A stretch of 64,000 bases of DNA from Fimicolochytrium jonesii (lineage: Eukaryota), in assembly GCF_025526975.1 (NCBI RefSeq), contig NW_026515668.1, positions 1,054,001-1,118,000 on the forward strand. Direction: 5' to 3'. Below are positions 1-11,761 of the stretch, one piece after another. The translations under genes and the position numbers were made by a program. Under the pieces are notes generated by a model. It made no database searches and was not told the DNA's origin. It saw only the letters and a program-made list of their open reading frames with translations. Each line of letters opens with the position of its first letter. Positions within the stretch are counted from its first letter, which is position 1.

Positions 1-1196
1 GATGACCCGAACGCAGAAGCGCTTCGCCTGTTCAATCAGCACGTGCTGTCCGACAAGCGAGTCTCAGTAGTTGTGCTTCCCATTCGCGACGGTGTGAGTG
101 TGATCACTCGGCGAAGGTTTGTTCCTTTCTGCTTTCCACCTTTAATGAGGCCTGCGTAACTCGTCTTATGCCCTTCCTCTTAGCAGTCAGCAACCCGATG
201 CATCGAGCGATTCCGTCATTTTAGGCGAAGGAGGACTTGACATACTTCAACGACTAAAACTTTCGGACAAAGTATCCCTTGTGACTGGTGCGGGGCAGGG
301 AATTGGAAGGGCATTCGCGCATGCGCTGGGCGAGGCTGGTGCGGCCGTCGCTGTGGTCGATATAGCGAAAGTCAAGGCAGAAGTGGTGGCGAAAGAGTTG
401 AAGGCTAAGGGCATTAGGAGCATAGCTGTTGGAGCCGATGTTACGAAGAAATCAGATTGTGTTCGGTGAGCAATGACGTATTGCATCCCATCGATGTTCC
501 TGACACTAATGTCCAATGTTCCAGAATGGTCGAAGAAACTCTCACTGCGTGGGGCCACCTGGATATTGCGGTGAATAACGCCGGAGTGAACTTCAACGGT
601 GCTGCGGAAGACATTACCGATATTCAGTGGGATACAACGTTCAATGTCAACACGAAGGGCGTGCTCTACTGCTGCCAGGTCCGCGCTGCCTCCTCAATAT
701 TGGCAAAATTGGTATGGTGCTGACTCAAGATGTTCCGACAGGCTGAGGCGAGATACATGCTACAAAGTCAGCGACCTTGCTCCATCATCAACACCGCGAG
801 CATGGCCACTCTTCTTGTGCCGCACCCGCAGAAACAGGCGGCATATAATAGCAGTAAAGCTGCCGTTGTTAAATTGACGCAAAGCCTTGCGGTCGAATGG
901 GCTGACCGAGGCGTACGAGTAAACGCTATCAGTCCTGGAATCGTAAACACTGCTCTGATCCAGGTTGGTAGTAGCATTGGAGCGCTTCACGTCGTAGATG
1001 TGCTGACGACAAATATCCGGAACAGGAAAACCCAGATCTCAAGCCTCTCGTGAAGACTTGGCTGGGCCAAATCCCGCTGAATCGCCTTGCTGAGGTTACA
1101 GATCTGCAGGCGGCCGTAGTGTATTTGGCCTCGGATGCAAGCTCGTATCTAACTGGGCAGAACTTAGGCATTGAGGGAGGACAAAGTGTGATCTAA
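1..1196 (+). CDS. O-methyltransferase / short-chain dehydrogenase fusion (MT-Ox-like, gadusol-pathway type); 5' partial
   Basis: Frame 1 from base 1 reads [38 protein letters not shown], a CCoAOMT/MysB-type O-MT C-terminus. A GT-AG intron (117-183) joins it in frame, with no stop, to an SDR domain: [29 protein letters not shown] catalytic YxxxK, RVNAISPG, and the end [15 protein letters not shown] at 1196. Further introns at about 466-524, 679-741 and 964-1025. Confidence 0.85.
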
Positions 1197-1999
1197 GCTC
1201 TGAAGTATATTGCCTAGATGCTCATGCAATCCCCATCTTGGTTCCTGGCATTGCAGTTTTCATGCTCGGATATTGAGGAAACACTTCCATTTAGCCCGCT
1301 GCAGCGCGCCATCATGGGAGAATCCTTGCTCTCAATCAACAGGGTTCATTTGACAGGTCCCAAAGACGACGCGCTGTCGATTTCTCTCACGGTTTCGATT
1401 TTCCGCTATTATTTTCCAATGACGTTCAGATATCCCGTTGTGCCGAACCTGACGTCCACCTTGCGTATTCGTATATAACGGAAGCAGATTCTCTTTGTTT
1501 TCCTGCCGCGCGCGCGGCGTCAGCAAAAGTATCCCGAAGCATGAGTATCATTTGACACAGAGTGTCAAATATATGGCGCCTTCGGTATTTGGGCGGTCAA
1601 CCAGTGGGGTAGCGGCGTAGGCTGTGAGGATCTCTCTGAGTTATCGTCGCTCGGTATGGCGTACGTTTGCCCCAAGTGAGAATGAAGTAACGTTTATAGC
1701 TATATCCCCTCATTTTCGGTATTCGACAGCTTACAACATGGACGACAACGTGACAAGTCTACCGCCTTCGTCATTAGGATGTCACACCCGACGGCTATAG
1801 GCGAAGGTGAACGAAGATGTGCGGAGAGGGAAGCAGGAGAATGCGACTTTGATGGGAGCTTTTCCGCTCCGATGCCATGGCATGGATCCTTGACGAGGGG
1901 GATATAGGATTGGGCATGTTCGAGCGCCCCGGCGTGTGAGCAAACAGCAGCCGTTCCCGAAGTCCATGCACAGGCCGATTGCCTTTTTTAAAGCGAATC

Positions 2000-3489
2000 A
2001 TGGGGCCCCTCAAGGAACAAACCACGCTGTCCACGAAGCTTTGGACTGTCATACAAACGATATCGGTGCTGGTTCTTCTGCAATGCGTCTTACTGCCCAT
2101 CAACCTTTGGATCTGTTCGACGACCGACGTGTTTCGCGTTTTCGCATCCCCGATCCGCCGCTCCAAGTTCCGTTCTCATGACTTCGCTTCTCCCCAGAAG
2201 ACGGTTCTCATTGACGGGGGCCGACTTTCCAAGGGGCTCCTACTCGCCCGGCTTTGCAAACAAGCAGGCTACCGTGTGATCTACACCGCCACGCCGCAAA
2301 CATGCTTTTCGGGTGCCCGGTTTTCCCGAGCCGTCGACAGATTCTACGTGATCCCCAATCGAGCAAACGATGATTACGTAGCGTGCGAAAAGGATGTGAT
2401 GAAGATTATGCGCAGGGAAAAGGTCGACGTTTACATGCCGGTCAGCACAGCTAGCTCGGCGGTCGGGGATAGCAACATCGCGGACAGTGTCCGGAGGGCT
2501 GGGCATCGGGCTGTAGCGTTGGGAAGTGCGGATGCACAAAGGTTGGACGATAAGCACCTGTTCGGGCAATGGGCGAAGGAGGTTGGGTGTGATGTGCCGG
2601 TAAGGAAGCGGAATCATGTTTCGATGAGTCGTTTCATTTTGACTGATCGGAACATCAGGAATCGCATCAAGTCACATCTCCCCGAGATATGCTCGTCACT
2701 CTCGCGAAGCTCTCGTCCGGCAGCACTGAACCCTCGCGCTTCCAACTCAAGAGCATTCAATACGATGACACGCATCGCACGGAGACCGTCTGCTCGTCAG
2801 AGGTGTCCAAGCCTGAAGTGCAAGCTAGAGTTCTGTCGTTGCCCATCAGCAGAAGCACACCGTATCTCATCCAGCGCCACATCAGTGGCAAAGAGTACTG
2901 CACCCATGTGCTTGCGCTCTCCGGGGATGTATTGGCTTTGGCGATATGCCCCTCATCGCCCTGGCTGTTGCAGTACAAGCATGTGGAGCACGCGGGCATT
3001 AGCGCATGGGTGAAGCGGTTCGTGCGCAACACGGGATTGAGTGGGCATGCCTGCTTCGATTTCATTGTTGAGGACGGGACTGAAATCGTGTATGCGATTG
3101 AGTGCAATCCCCGGGTTTCAACCGCCATCGCTTGTTTCAGGGGTTCTGAGCAGTATGGCAAGGCATTGGACCATTTCCTCGATAACCCGAAGGCGGAAGA
3201 ACATTCGGCTGACGCAAGCACGATCACACCGCATCATTCTATGGTAGCCCAGCACTGGCTATACCATGAACTGCTGTATGAGTTGCCCCGAACATTCTGG
3301 TCGCCAACAGCTGCGCTCAATCGCATCCTCTTCATCGTAAAGAATGAGGACGCTTTGTATGATTTCGATGATCCATGGCCGTTCTTTGCTCAAAATCATT
3401 TGCTAATCCCACAGCAGTTGCTGTGGCATCTCTGGCATCTGAGGCCGTGGACCCACATAGATTACAACCTCGGTCGCCTGATCGATTGA
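2000..3489 (+). CDS. mysC: ATP-grasp amino-acid ligase, MysC (mycosporine-glycine synthase) family
   Basis: Two exons (intron 2600-2658). Motifs match cyanobacterial MysC as recalled: LLPINL, KTVLIDGGRLSKGLLLAR, RFSRAVDRFYVIP, LDDK, LKSIQYD, GKEYCTH, FDFI..DG..YAIECNPR, WLYHEL, DDPWPF, WTHIDYNLGRL. Confidence 0.88.
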
Positions 3490-3967
3490 TGAACTGCGCA
3501 TTGTAGCGTGTAAATATCTTCTACAATTACATCTACTGTGACATTTGCCAAAGACGAATTATGTGCGGTTCCAGAAGCCCCACTTGCACATGTACATGTA
3601 GATGCCCGCGATGCGTACGCCGTACTTTCAAGTTGTGTAGCACAGGAAGGCTGGAGCAGGCTTCTTAGAGAGTACGGCATGTTATAACTGCAGCTCATGC
3701 CGAGCTTCTCCGGTGGGTGCCGCTTTCATTGCGGCTCGTCTCTTGTAGTTCGTCGGCAGTAGCTCACGCAAATCGTCAGCTACCACCATCGGAGAGGTGT
3801 GCCTAGCCGAGATCGTGACAACGAGAGATTTTCAATCGTCAGATCCATGAAGGCCAGCGGCTGTGACCATAACCATCTTGACCGTGTTCATGATGGAGAA
3901 GACGTGAGGCAATCCGTGGGAGGTCTGGAGTTCAGCAATAGCATTTTCCTGTTATCCGGAATGAAGT

Positions 3968-5986
3968 TTATCCGGAATGAAGTACGGAGTGCGCCTAGGA
4001 AATAGGAGCGATGAGTCAGCAGTCGGAGTTGTCGAGCATCGTCCAATATAGAGATCCCTCACCTGCACGCATCCCAGCGAACAATACCGATACATGAACT
4101 TCTCAAACGGCGTGCAGTTCGACAATGACTTGCCACAAGCCGCACACTGATTCATCCGTCCCCTAATCCGAGCCTCAGCCGCCAACGCCCTCTTTTCCCG
4201 ATCAAGCGCCATCCGCTGCTCCGGTGTCAGCCCAATCATTTCCCGTTCGGTTTTGTTCAGTTTCGCCAAGAGCGGTCTCCCACTGGAGGAGGACTTCTGC
4301 GGTTCGGGCTCGGGCTCGGACGCCGATTCCTTCTTTGCCGCGTTGTATGCCTTCTGCTTTTCTTTTGCTTTCTTCTTTTTCTCCTTTTCCTTTTCCTTTT
4401 GTTGCTGTTCCATTTCGGGTGTCAAGGGACCGGGTACGTGAGCTTCTTTCCAGTCCCACCGCTCGGGCTCTTTTGCCATGTGGCGACGGAATGCATCACG
4501 CGTTTCCTTCGAACTTGCTGCATCGTATGGCCTTAGACTCTTTTTTTCCGCAGCTTTGGTTGGGTCGGCACCAAGGTCGAGAAGGAACGCGACAAGCTCA
4601 GGATGGTTGTTGCTCGACGCGATGTACAAGAAGCTGGTCCCTGCAGAATCAGGCAGAACCGCGTTGATATCGAACGTCGGTTTCGATTGCAAGAACCCCT
4701 GTACAACCTCGATTTTGCCTCGTTTGCACAAGTCGGCGAGCTTAACCAGCTCGGGGTCCAGCGCCGGCTCCTCCGCTTTCGGCTCCGACGTCGCCTGAAG
4801 CGCTGGCGAAGACCTTCCTGAGACGGGAGCTTTTGGCTTTGGCGGAGCTAGCGTTGCGGGTTCAACCTCTTTGATATCCTCGATAGTCACCGTGGACAGC
4901 TCCTTGAAACATCTCATCAACTCTCCATGCGTCGGACGTCGGGTGGTGAATGGGAAGGATCGGATCCTTTCATCGGCACTACTCAATGGGCTATCCTCGA
5001 AGAACAGAGTCCGCCTATTCTGAACGGATGAGCGGATGAAAATCAGCTCGCTGCCTTCAATTTCGCTTCTCCATTGAAGCAACAGATCGTGGATGTCATC
5101 CTGGAAATGCCAACCCATTGTCAGCGGTCCCGCCACGCGAAAGTACGGCTCAGATCATTACGTACCTTCAGAGCCTGTTCATTGTATCGACGGAGCATGG
5201 CTCCCGCACTTTTGGCGGAACCTTTCGCGCTGTCGTTCCTAAACCAAGCGTTAGGCATGATTCCCCATCACGACGCACACTCATCCGCAACACATACTTG
5301 CTCTGGGCTCCTCCTTGCTTTCTCCTCGTCGTATACCGATGGAAAGTTTTCTGCACCACAGACTTTCCCGACGCGCAATCGATAACCGTCCCCGCAAAGT
5401 GCCCCGCTCCCAACATGAGTAGCGTCCAATGCGTCTTTCTCATATCCCCATCATGAAGCTTCTTGACCACGGAGGCGCGGTCCAGTCCAGCAAACCTCTT
5501 TTCGCCCGACACAATCTGCCTAAAGAGCCTCAGCGCCTTTTTATTATCCGGCAATGGAAGCAGGATATACGGCGAGCCTCGTTCTATCTGTCGTCCCGAC
5601 GCCTTACGAGATGCGGTATCATCGTCATCACTCTCGCTGTCGGAGTCGCTCGCATCGATACTGCTGACTTCCTCAATCTCCTCAAACTCGGCCTCTGAAA
5701 CAGGAGAGCGACCGGCGACCTTTCGCTGGAGGTTATATCTATGCCAGTCTGCTTTGTAATGTTGGCGCATATCATCGCTGGATGTGAAGGTGACCCCGCA
5801 GGTACTACATGACGTCTGGGTCCCGATCGGATTGTTTTCGGCAACGCTCTTTTCCACTGGCCGGGCCGTCTCTTGTGCTGCCTCGACCTGGACGCTGGAG
5901 CTGATGGCATCTACCACGGTCGGTAGGAGTTGCTGAAACTGCTTGCCGAACAAACTTAGAACTTCTGGCTGTCCTCTGACCACCAT
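3968..5986 (-). CDS. VMS1: Vms1/ANKZF1 ribosome quality-control tRNA-releasing factor
   Basis: C2H2 finger CSTC...HYKADWHRYNLQRK; VLRF1 motifs GHFAG and KTFHRYTTRRKQGGAQS; ankyrin repeats; coiled coil; C-terminal CxxC...YCSLGC treble clef. Spliced from ORFs 5168..5986 and 3952..5136. Confidence 0.9.
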
Positions 5987-6570
5987 TTTACTAGTCAGCT
6001 AGGAAATAACTAATCAGAGGACGCTGCAGGGGAACGGGAGAGGTAGGTAGAAGTAGAAGTACGGCAGCGACGGTGTTTTTGAAGTGCTTTCCGCAATGAC
6101 AGCAGGCTCAAATGGACCGGTTATCCTCTGTATTGCCCTCGCGACGGACCCGCGTCTGCCGAATGTGAGCGCTGAGGTTATCCTGACCCAACATGGGAAC
6201 CCGAATCCTCCGAATCCGCACTTCGATACACGCCTGCCTATAACGACGTGAAAGACGGGCCAGATGCCACTGATCTTCGATGGTGATAAATCGAGTTCGT
6301 AGGTATCAGGATGCGCTCCAAGTGCGATGATTGATGACGAAGTAGATCTCGGACGTTCTCCAATCCTTCCAATCCTCCCGGGTTGGAACCCAACACTCGA
6401 AATTTCGACCCACAAGTTGTATTCTTCTCTTTCGACATGAACTCTCATGCATAGATCTTAAGACCCACGACCAGTAACGCTACGCTCCTGTTGCAGCTGG
6501 GTCATCCTAGACTCCCCTAGGTCTAATCCTGTCTTTGTATATGTACAAGCTCATGAAGTTCTCCTTGCTC

Positions 6571-6978
6571 TCACTCCATCTTGGTCTTCCCAAACCACCC
6601 GACCATCCAAATCCCTTGAGCTATCAATGTCCAGCATCCACTGAGGGGCTGCACAAGTGCTCCAATCACGCCCACACCCAAAGTTCCCCATGCTACCCCT
6701 CTCGGGACATATCCCGCAACGTTGATATTCTCCCTTATAGAAATCCCCAAAAGTATCATCGCTGCGCCGGCGAGCTCGAACCACCAGGCTGCCATACGAT
6801 CGTATTGCGGTGCGCCGCTCGAGGTGGGGTCCAGACTTATGCCGGTTATCGAGTCGAAGAGGCCCGAGCGTACCATGGAGAGGAGGGGTGGTCCTAGTCG
6901 AGGATGGGTGAGACCGACTAGGATGTGGGTTACACCAGTTAGGACGAGGGTTGCACCGGGGTTGATGGAGGATGGCAT
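6571..6978 (-). CDS. small intronless multi-pass membrane protein, DUF6463-like
   Basis: 135 aa with about four hydrophobic segments. Motifs GVTHILVG, AAWWFELAG..MILLG and QPLSGCW resemble a mostly bacterial DUF family (from memory). Confidence 0.5.
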   Translation of the reverse strand: MPSSINPGATLVLTGVTHILVGLTHPRLGPPLLSMVRSGLFDSITGISLDPTSSGAPQYDRMAAWWFELAGAAMILLGISIRENINVAGYVPRGVAWGTLGVGVIGALVQPLSGCWTLIAQGIWMVGWFGKTKME

Positions 6979-7541
6979 TTTGTGCTGGTTTATACGTTGT
7001 CAGGTTTGTTGATGTGAGCGATAATTATTGACTGTATACCAATGCTCTGAAGTGGATGCTATCCCCTTTTATATGCAACGCGTCCGGTTTCCGACGCGGA
7101 AATTGACGGAAGCGGAGGCATCGGAGGCGGAAGGCTCTTTTAGGGACATGCATGGAGACCCGGGCAAAACGGAACGGAAAGGAGGAGTCTATGTGCAAAG
7201 AGGATGTGCTTGAGTTCCTAGGCTCGGGTAGTCACGGCTACGACAGCGCCTCCCGCCGTCTTACCTTACTGCTCCCGCCCTCATTCCTGGTCGGATGGGC
7301 AGTCAAGAAATTTGGTCGTTTACGCTTCTGCCACTAACTATACGGCGAGTTTGTTCTTTGAGTTTACGCAAACGGAAGGATCTTTTGCAAGAACGAAGCA
7401 TGCGCATGGTGTATTGAATTAGTGAACTGAAAGAATCGTCTCCGAGGGTATATATGTACATGAAGGGTCAAAAAATCCGTTACGCCGTATGCCGAAGCAC
7501 CTATCTTAGATACGCCGGTTGAAAGTACTCCCGACATATAG

Positions 7542-7997
7542 CTACCGCGTCGCAGCCAGATTCGGCGTCGAATAACTTGGCGGGGTATCCATGTACACCG
7601 TCGCCGCGCTCTCCAACGTCGCCGTCCTCGGCATTTCTCGCCACAGATCCCACATCCGGCCCGATCCTATTCCCGGGGAATCCGGCCCCACATTCCGAAA
7701 CGTGCTTGTCGACGGCCTCGACTGCTCCACATCAACTCCCACCACTAACTGCTCATGCTCCAAATCGTTGTACACAATTTCAACCGGTTTAGTGGTCGTT
7801 ACTTTAGGCCGGAAGAATAATTGGCGCGCTGGTTCGGCCATTCGATACCCAACCCATCCTAGGAATACAACGGCTAGTATGCCGACGATGACGAATACGT
7901 ATTGGACTGGCATTTGGTTGCTTTTGAGGGCTATTTGGTTCGAAGAAGAGTCGGGTGTGCTTGGGGAGGGAGAGGGCGAGGAGGAGCTTTGGTCCAT
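7542..7997 (-). CDS. hypothetical single-pass membrane protein
   Basis: 151-aa ATG ORF with an S/P-rich N-terminus, one TM segment (YVFVIVGILAVVFLGWVGY) and a C-terminal PPSY motif. Confidence 0.55.
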   Translation of the reverse strand: MDQSSSSPSPSPSTPDSSSNQIALKSNQMPVQYVFVIVGILAVVFLGWVGYRMAEPARQLFFRPKVTTTKPVEIVYNDLEHEQLVVGVDVEQSRPSTSTFRNVGPDSPGIGSGRMWDLWREMPRTATLESAATVYMDTPPSYSTPNLAATR

Positions 7998-9871
7998 AAT
8001 TGCCGAGTGATTGGTGTGTGATACGGTGATACGCAGAGGTGAAGGCGAGACGATAGTTGTCGGCAGGCTTTTGCGTGCGTTATACCAAGTTCGTCGTCGG
8101 GAGTCCCTTTGTTCACCCAGCCGCTAACAGGAACTTGAGGTAATTCCAGAGGAGCTTCCGAATTCGACGTGTGTCACTTGTAGCTCTACGCTCCGTAAGA
8201 CTATTTGATATCTACGACCTTGAGAGCAGACGGACGGTCGTTCGAACGAATGGCTGCGAAACTGCCGAGCTGGAGGGAGTCTTGAATGCAGGAGGTTATG
8301 TGAGACACGGCAGGAGGGAGTTGTGGCTGGCTCGCCCCTATGTATTGTATTTTTTGCGCAACATTTGAGCGCGGTGACGAACGCAGAATTCGACAAGCGC
8401 TGGGCGATCACTTCCGCCAACAGGGCCCACCATCTCGCGTTTCTTTTTGTCCCCATAGAAAAAAAAAGTTGTATCGGGACGGCAACGAAAACGTGAGCGC
8501 CGTAGGTTTTTGCATTCCGCTGGGATGGACAATATTCCAACCGCCTTTTTTCCACCTTCGCAGTTGGGGACGCTAGAGAAGGCATCGAAGCGGGATGCCA
8601 GTGGTTTGGCTCTTTGATACCGTTGGGCCCAGCGTTGGGCCGGGCTTGACGTGACCGACGCGCGGTAGAGCTGCAGACATGGCGGGCTTACATTACGTCG
8701 ATGACAACTTTCATGAAGTGTAGAAGTCCTGCATAGGAAGAACTGTAAAAACCCACTTTTACATACGTATACTGGGCTACCATTTGCACACTTAACCGGT
8801 TCCCGTGACCAAATATCTCGTCATTAGCGAAACCTGTTTGTCGCGCGCGCTGGAGCAGCGGAGAAGCTGGCTACAGTTTGGGTTCGATATAAGGACCAGG
8901 CATACGAACCCGGCCAGAGCTTCACGCAAATAATGAGGAACTCCTTCACCAAGCCCGAGAGGATTGCTTCTGAGGTGGTGGGGCATCAAGTGAGTGGTGG
9001 AGCGAAGGCAAATCGGAACAACGGGCTCAATGGACGAAGGGCTTGATGGACAAGGAGGCGGAAAGAGACATCGGTTCCATACCTGCCGCAATGAGCAAGC
9101 ATGGGCAAGCTTTATCCCTCATCTGACATAGACAATGGTATTGCAGGGAAGCCACAGCAAATCCTGGCGACAAATCTTTGTTCCTGGCGGGGAACTGGTC
9201 TCTTCGCTTTCCAAACTGGCCTGCATTGATGCCAATGTCATGCTCACGTACGGTCGTATCGTGGTTGTAGCGCACTTTGGCAGAAGGTATTACTATCAGT
9301 CCAATCCGACACTGAGCAAACACCAACCTCCTGAAGATGAAGAGAGTGAGAGTCATATTATTTTCATGCCCTCGCCCTCAACGCCTGACATGTACCCTAG
9401 ATTCTGTATCTCGACGACTTTATTGGGTACGATCTAAGATCTAGTAAGATTGATGAGGTGACGTTGCGATGTTTCAGCCTGTCAGATAGTAAAGATACTG
9501 TCTCCACCTCCCTTTCATACTCGATGAGTCCTTCATCCCACATAGAGGACTCATGAGTCTTTTCATCGCCGTCGTTAAATATATCTTGGCATGCAGATCT
9601 GTGCAGTGCAGTCGGGGGCCGAAGATCCAATGTGGGGGTGGTTGTGCAGGGTCGCGCGCAATTGACAGGCGGCCTGAGGTGCTGTCAGTTTCAGTTATGC
9701 GTGCAAAATCACAGGCAAAATCATAACGAAAATGCGCGCATCGAGATAAACAACCCCCTTGCAATCGGCGGACCTCCCTACGTAGACAAACCATGGTATA
9801 TTCCCCACTCTGACTTGCTCTATCCAACGGCCTGGAACCGCTCTTGCCTCTCGCTTCACCGCCCAGCAAGT

Positions 9872-11761
9872 ATGGGCTTTGGGTTCTTCAAGTCGAAGAA
9901 GGACGCCACCGGCGGTGGCAACAGGAGCAGCAGCAGCAGCAGCAACCGCCGGACCCGCTCACCATCCCCACTGAGTTTTTCCACTCCGGCTACCAGAGGA
10001 GGGTTTGGACATAAATACCCCGCAGCTCCCGGGTCGCCCGTCGACTCGGCCTTCTCCTCGACCGGCTCGTCATCCTCAAAGTCGAATTCGTCGACGGGCT
10101 ATAGGACCCTGGATCCTAAGGCGGATTACTTTGACCTGGCTGGCGTCGGTGCCGCGTTGCCTGGTGGGGAGGGTGGGAGGGGTGTAAGCGGTCTGTCGAA
10201 AGCAACGACACTGGATGCGCCGTCGTTTCTGGACGACCTGGTCTTTGATTTTGACGGGCGGAGTGGGGTGAAAGACAAGAAGAGTCCACACACGACTCGG
10301 GAAGTGTCGTCCTCAGGCAGACAAAGGGATTTGGAACCGGTGGTGGAGGGAAATGAGGGAAGATCTCGTGGCGAGCCGCCCGCCAGGCGACGGTACTCGT
10401 TCGAGAAAGGAGACGATCTGACTGGTGAGTTTTGTCATCGTGAGTGTTCGTTCTTCATGTCTGAGAACCTTTCATATTAACGTCTTGTCCCGCTCTCAGT
10501 TACTGCCCTGGCTGACCGGGCAGTGACCACCCCGGAAGCTATCAGATCGACACGGTCAGAACCAGAGCGCCCGTCCTCTGGGTCATCAGTAACAACGAAA
10601 ACGAAAGGCCTCAAATCGAAAGCTGCTGATCTGCTCAAGATGAACACGAACCAAAATGCTCTCTCATCACACACCGTCCCAACATCAACAACTCCACAAA
10701 CTAGCAAAAGCTCCGTCACAGCACCGAAACGTCGAAAGAGCCGGCGAGATGCAGCGCGGGCGCCTTCGCAGTCCCGCAATCGTTACCAAAACGCCCATCA
10801 ATCCAGCGGAACAGAATCCGACTCTGATGACGACGTTGCGTTAGTCCGCCATGTCGTTTCCAACCCTAATATGTCCGCTGCATTCTCACGGGCAAATCTT
10901 AACGCACCGGCTGCACCACCCCAGCGACTCCGGCCTCAAGCGTCCTCGCCCAATCTACGAGGCATGGTGCAGCCGTACAACTCCTCGTCATCGTCATCAT
11001 CCCACGACCGCCACCCATCCACATCCACAATCTCTCAGTCGTCGTCAACGGCCTCGCCACCGGGCTCCCCGCGGCTAGCACCCTCTGCGTCGAACCGGTC
11101 CCTGTCAAGGACGGGCAAACACCCACTATCCCGCTCATCGTCGCGGCGCACCAACGCATCGACAAGCGACGAATCGGATGATGAGGAGGCCCCGCTCTCG
11201 AGCGTACGACACCAAGCGATCTCGGATGCCCAACAGCGGGGCAGGCGACGACGCGGAGGTGCGGCCGCGACGCCCGCGATTGTTACAGCCGGGACGGGCA
11301 GGGTTTCCACAGACTCGCAGTTTTCCGCACGGTCCAATGCGTCTTCTGCGACTTTGGCCGGCGCGTCGCCACGACGGAAGAACGGAGACCCAGGCTTGCC
11401 TCCACCGCCAATGGACAAGGTCATGCCTGCCCTCACACCTCATCTGCAACAACACGCGCATTATCCATCACCATACCCACAACAGCCACCACAACCAACA
11501 CAGTACTACCCGCAACAGCAGCTCCAACAAATGCCCGCACATGCCTCACCCTCATACACACCCCAGCAACAGGCCATGGCCGTCGCGCAACAGCAGCAGA
11601 TGTGGAACGCGTACTTCCAGCAAGCCGCTGCGATGCAACAGGCGGTGTTTGTCCAGCAACAGCAGCAGCAGCAGCAGATGCATCAGCGGGCTATGCTGGG
11701 GATCGCGACCGCGGACGGGGGTGCGGGGAAGGAGAGGAGTGGGCGGCGGGGTAGGAAATGA
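9872..11761 (+). CDS. hypothetical disordered Ser/Pro/Gln-rich protein
   Basis: Starts MGFGFFKSKK at 9872. An intron at about 10425-10499 joins it to the 412-aa ORF ending at 11761. Low complexity with poly-S and poly-Q tracts. Confidence 0.65.

Noticed and set aside
1..3489. Bacterial contamination as the source of the mys-like genes
   Set aside because: Both genes carry GT-AG introns with branch-point-like sequences and run directly into fungal VMS1.
8000..9800. Short ORFs in a 1.8-kb gap
   Set aside because: No recognisable domain, consistent splice model or transposon hallmarks; treated as intergenic, though a small gene cannot be excluded.
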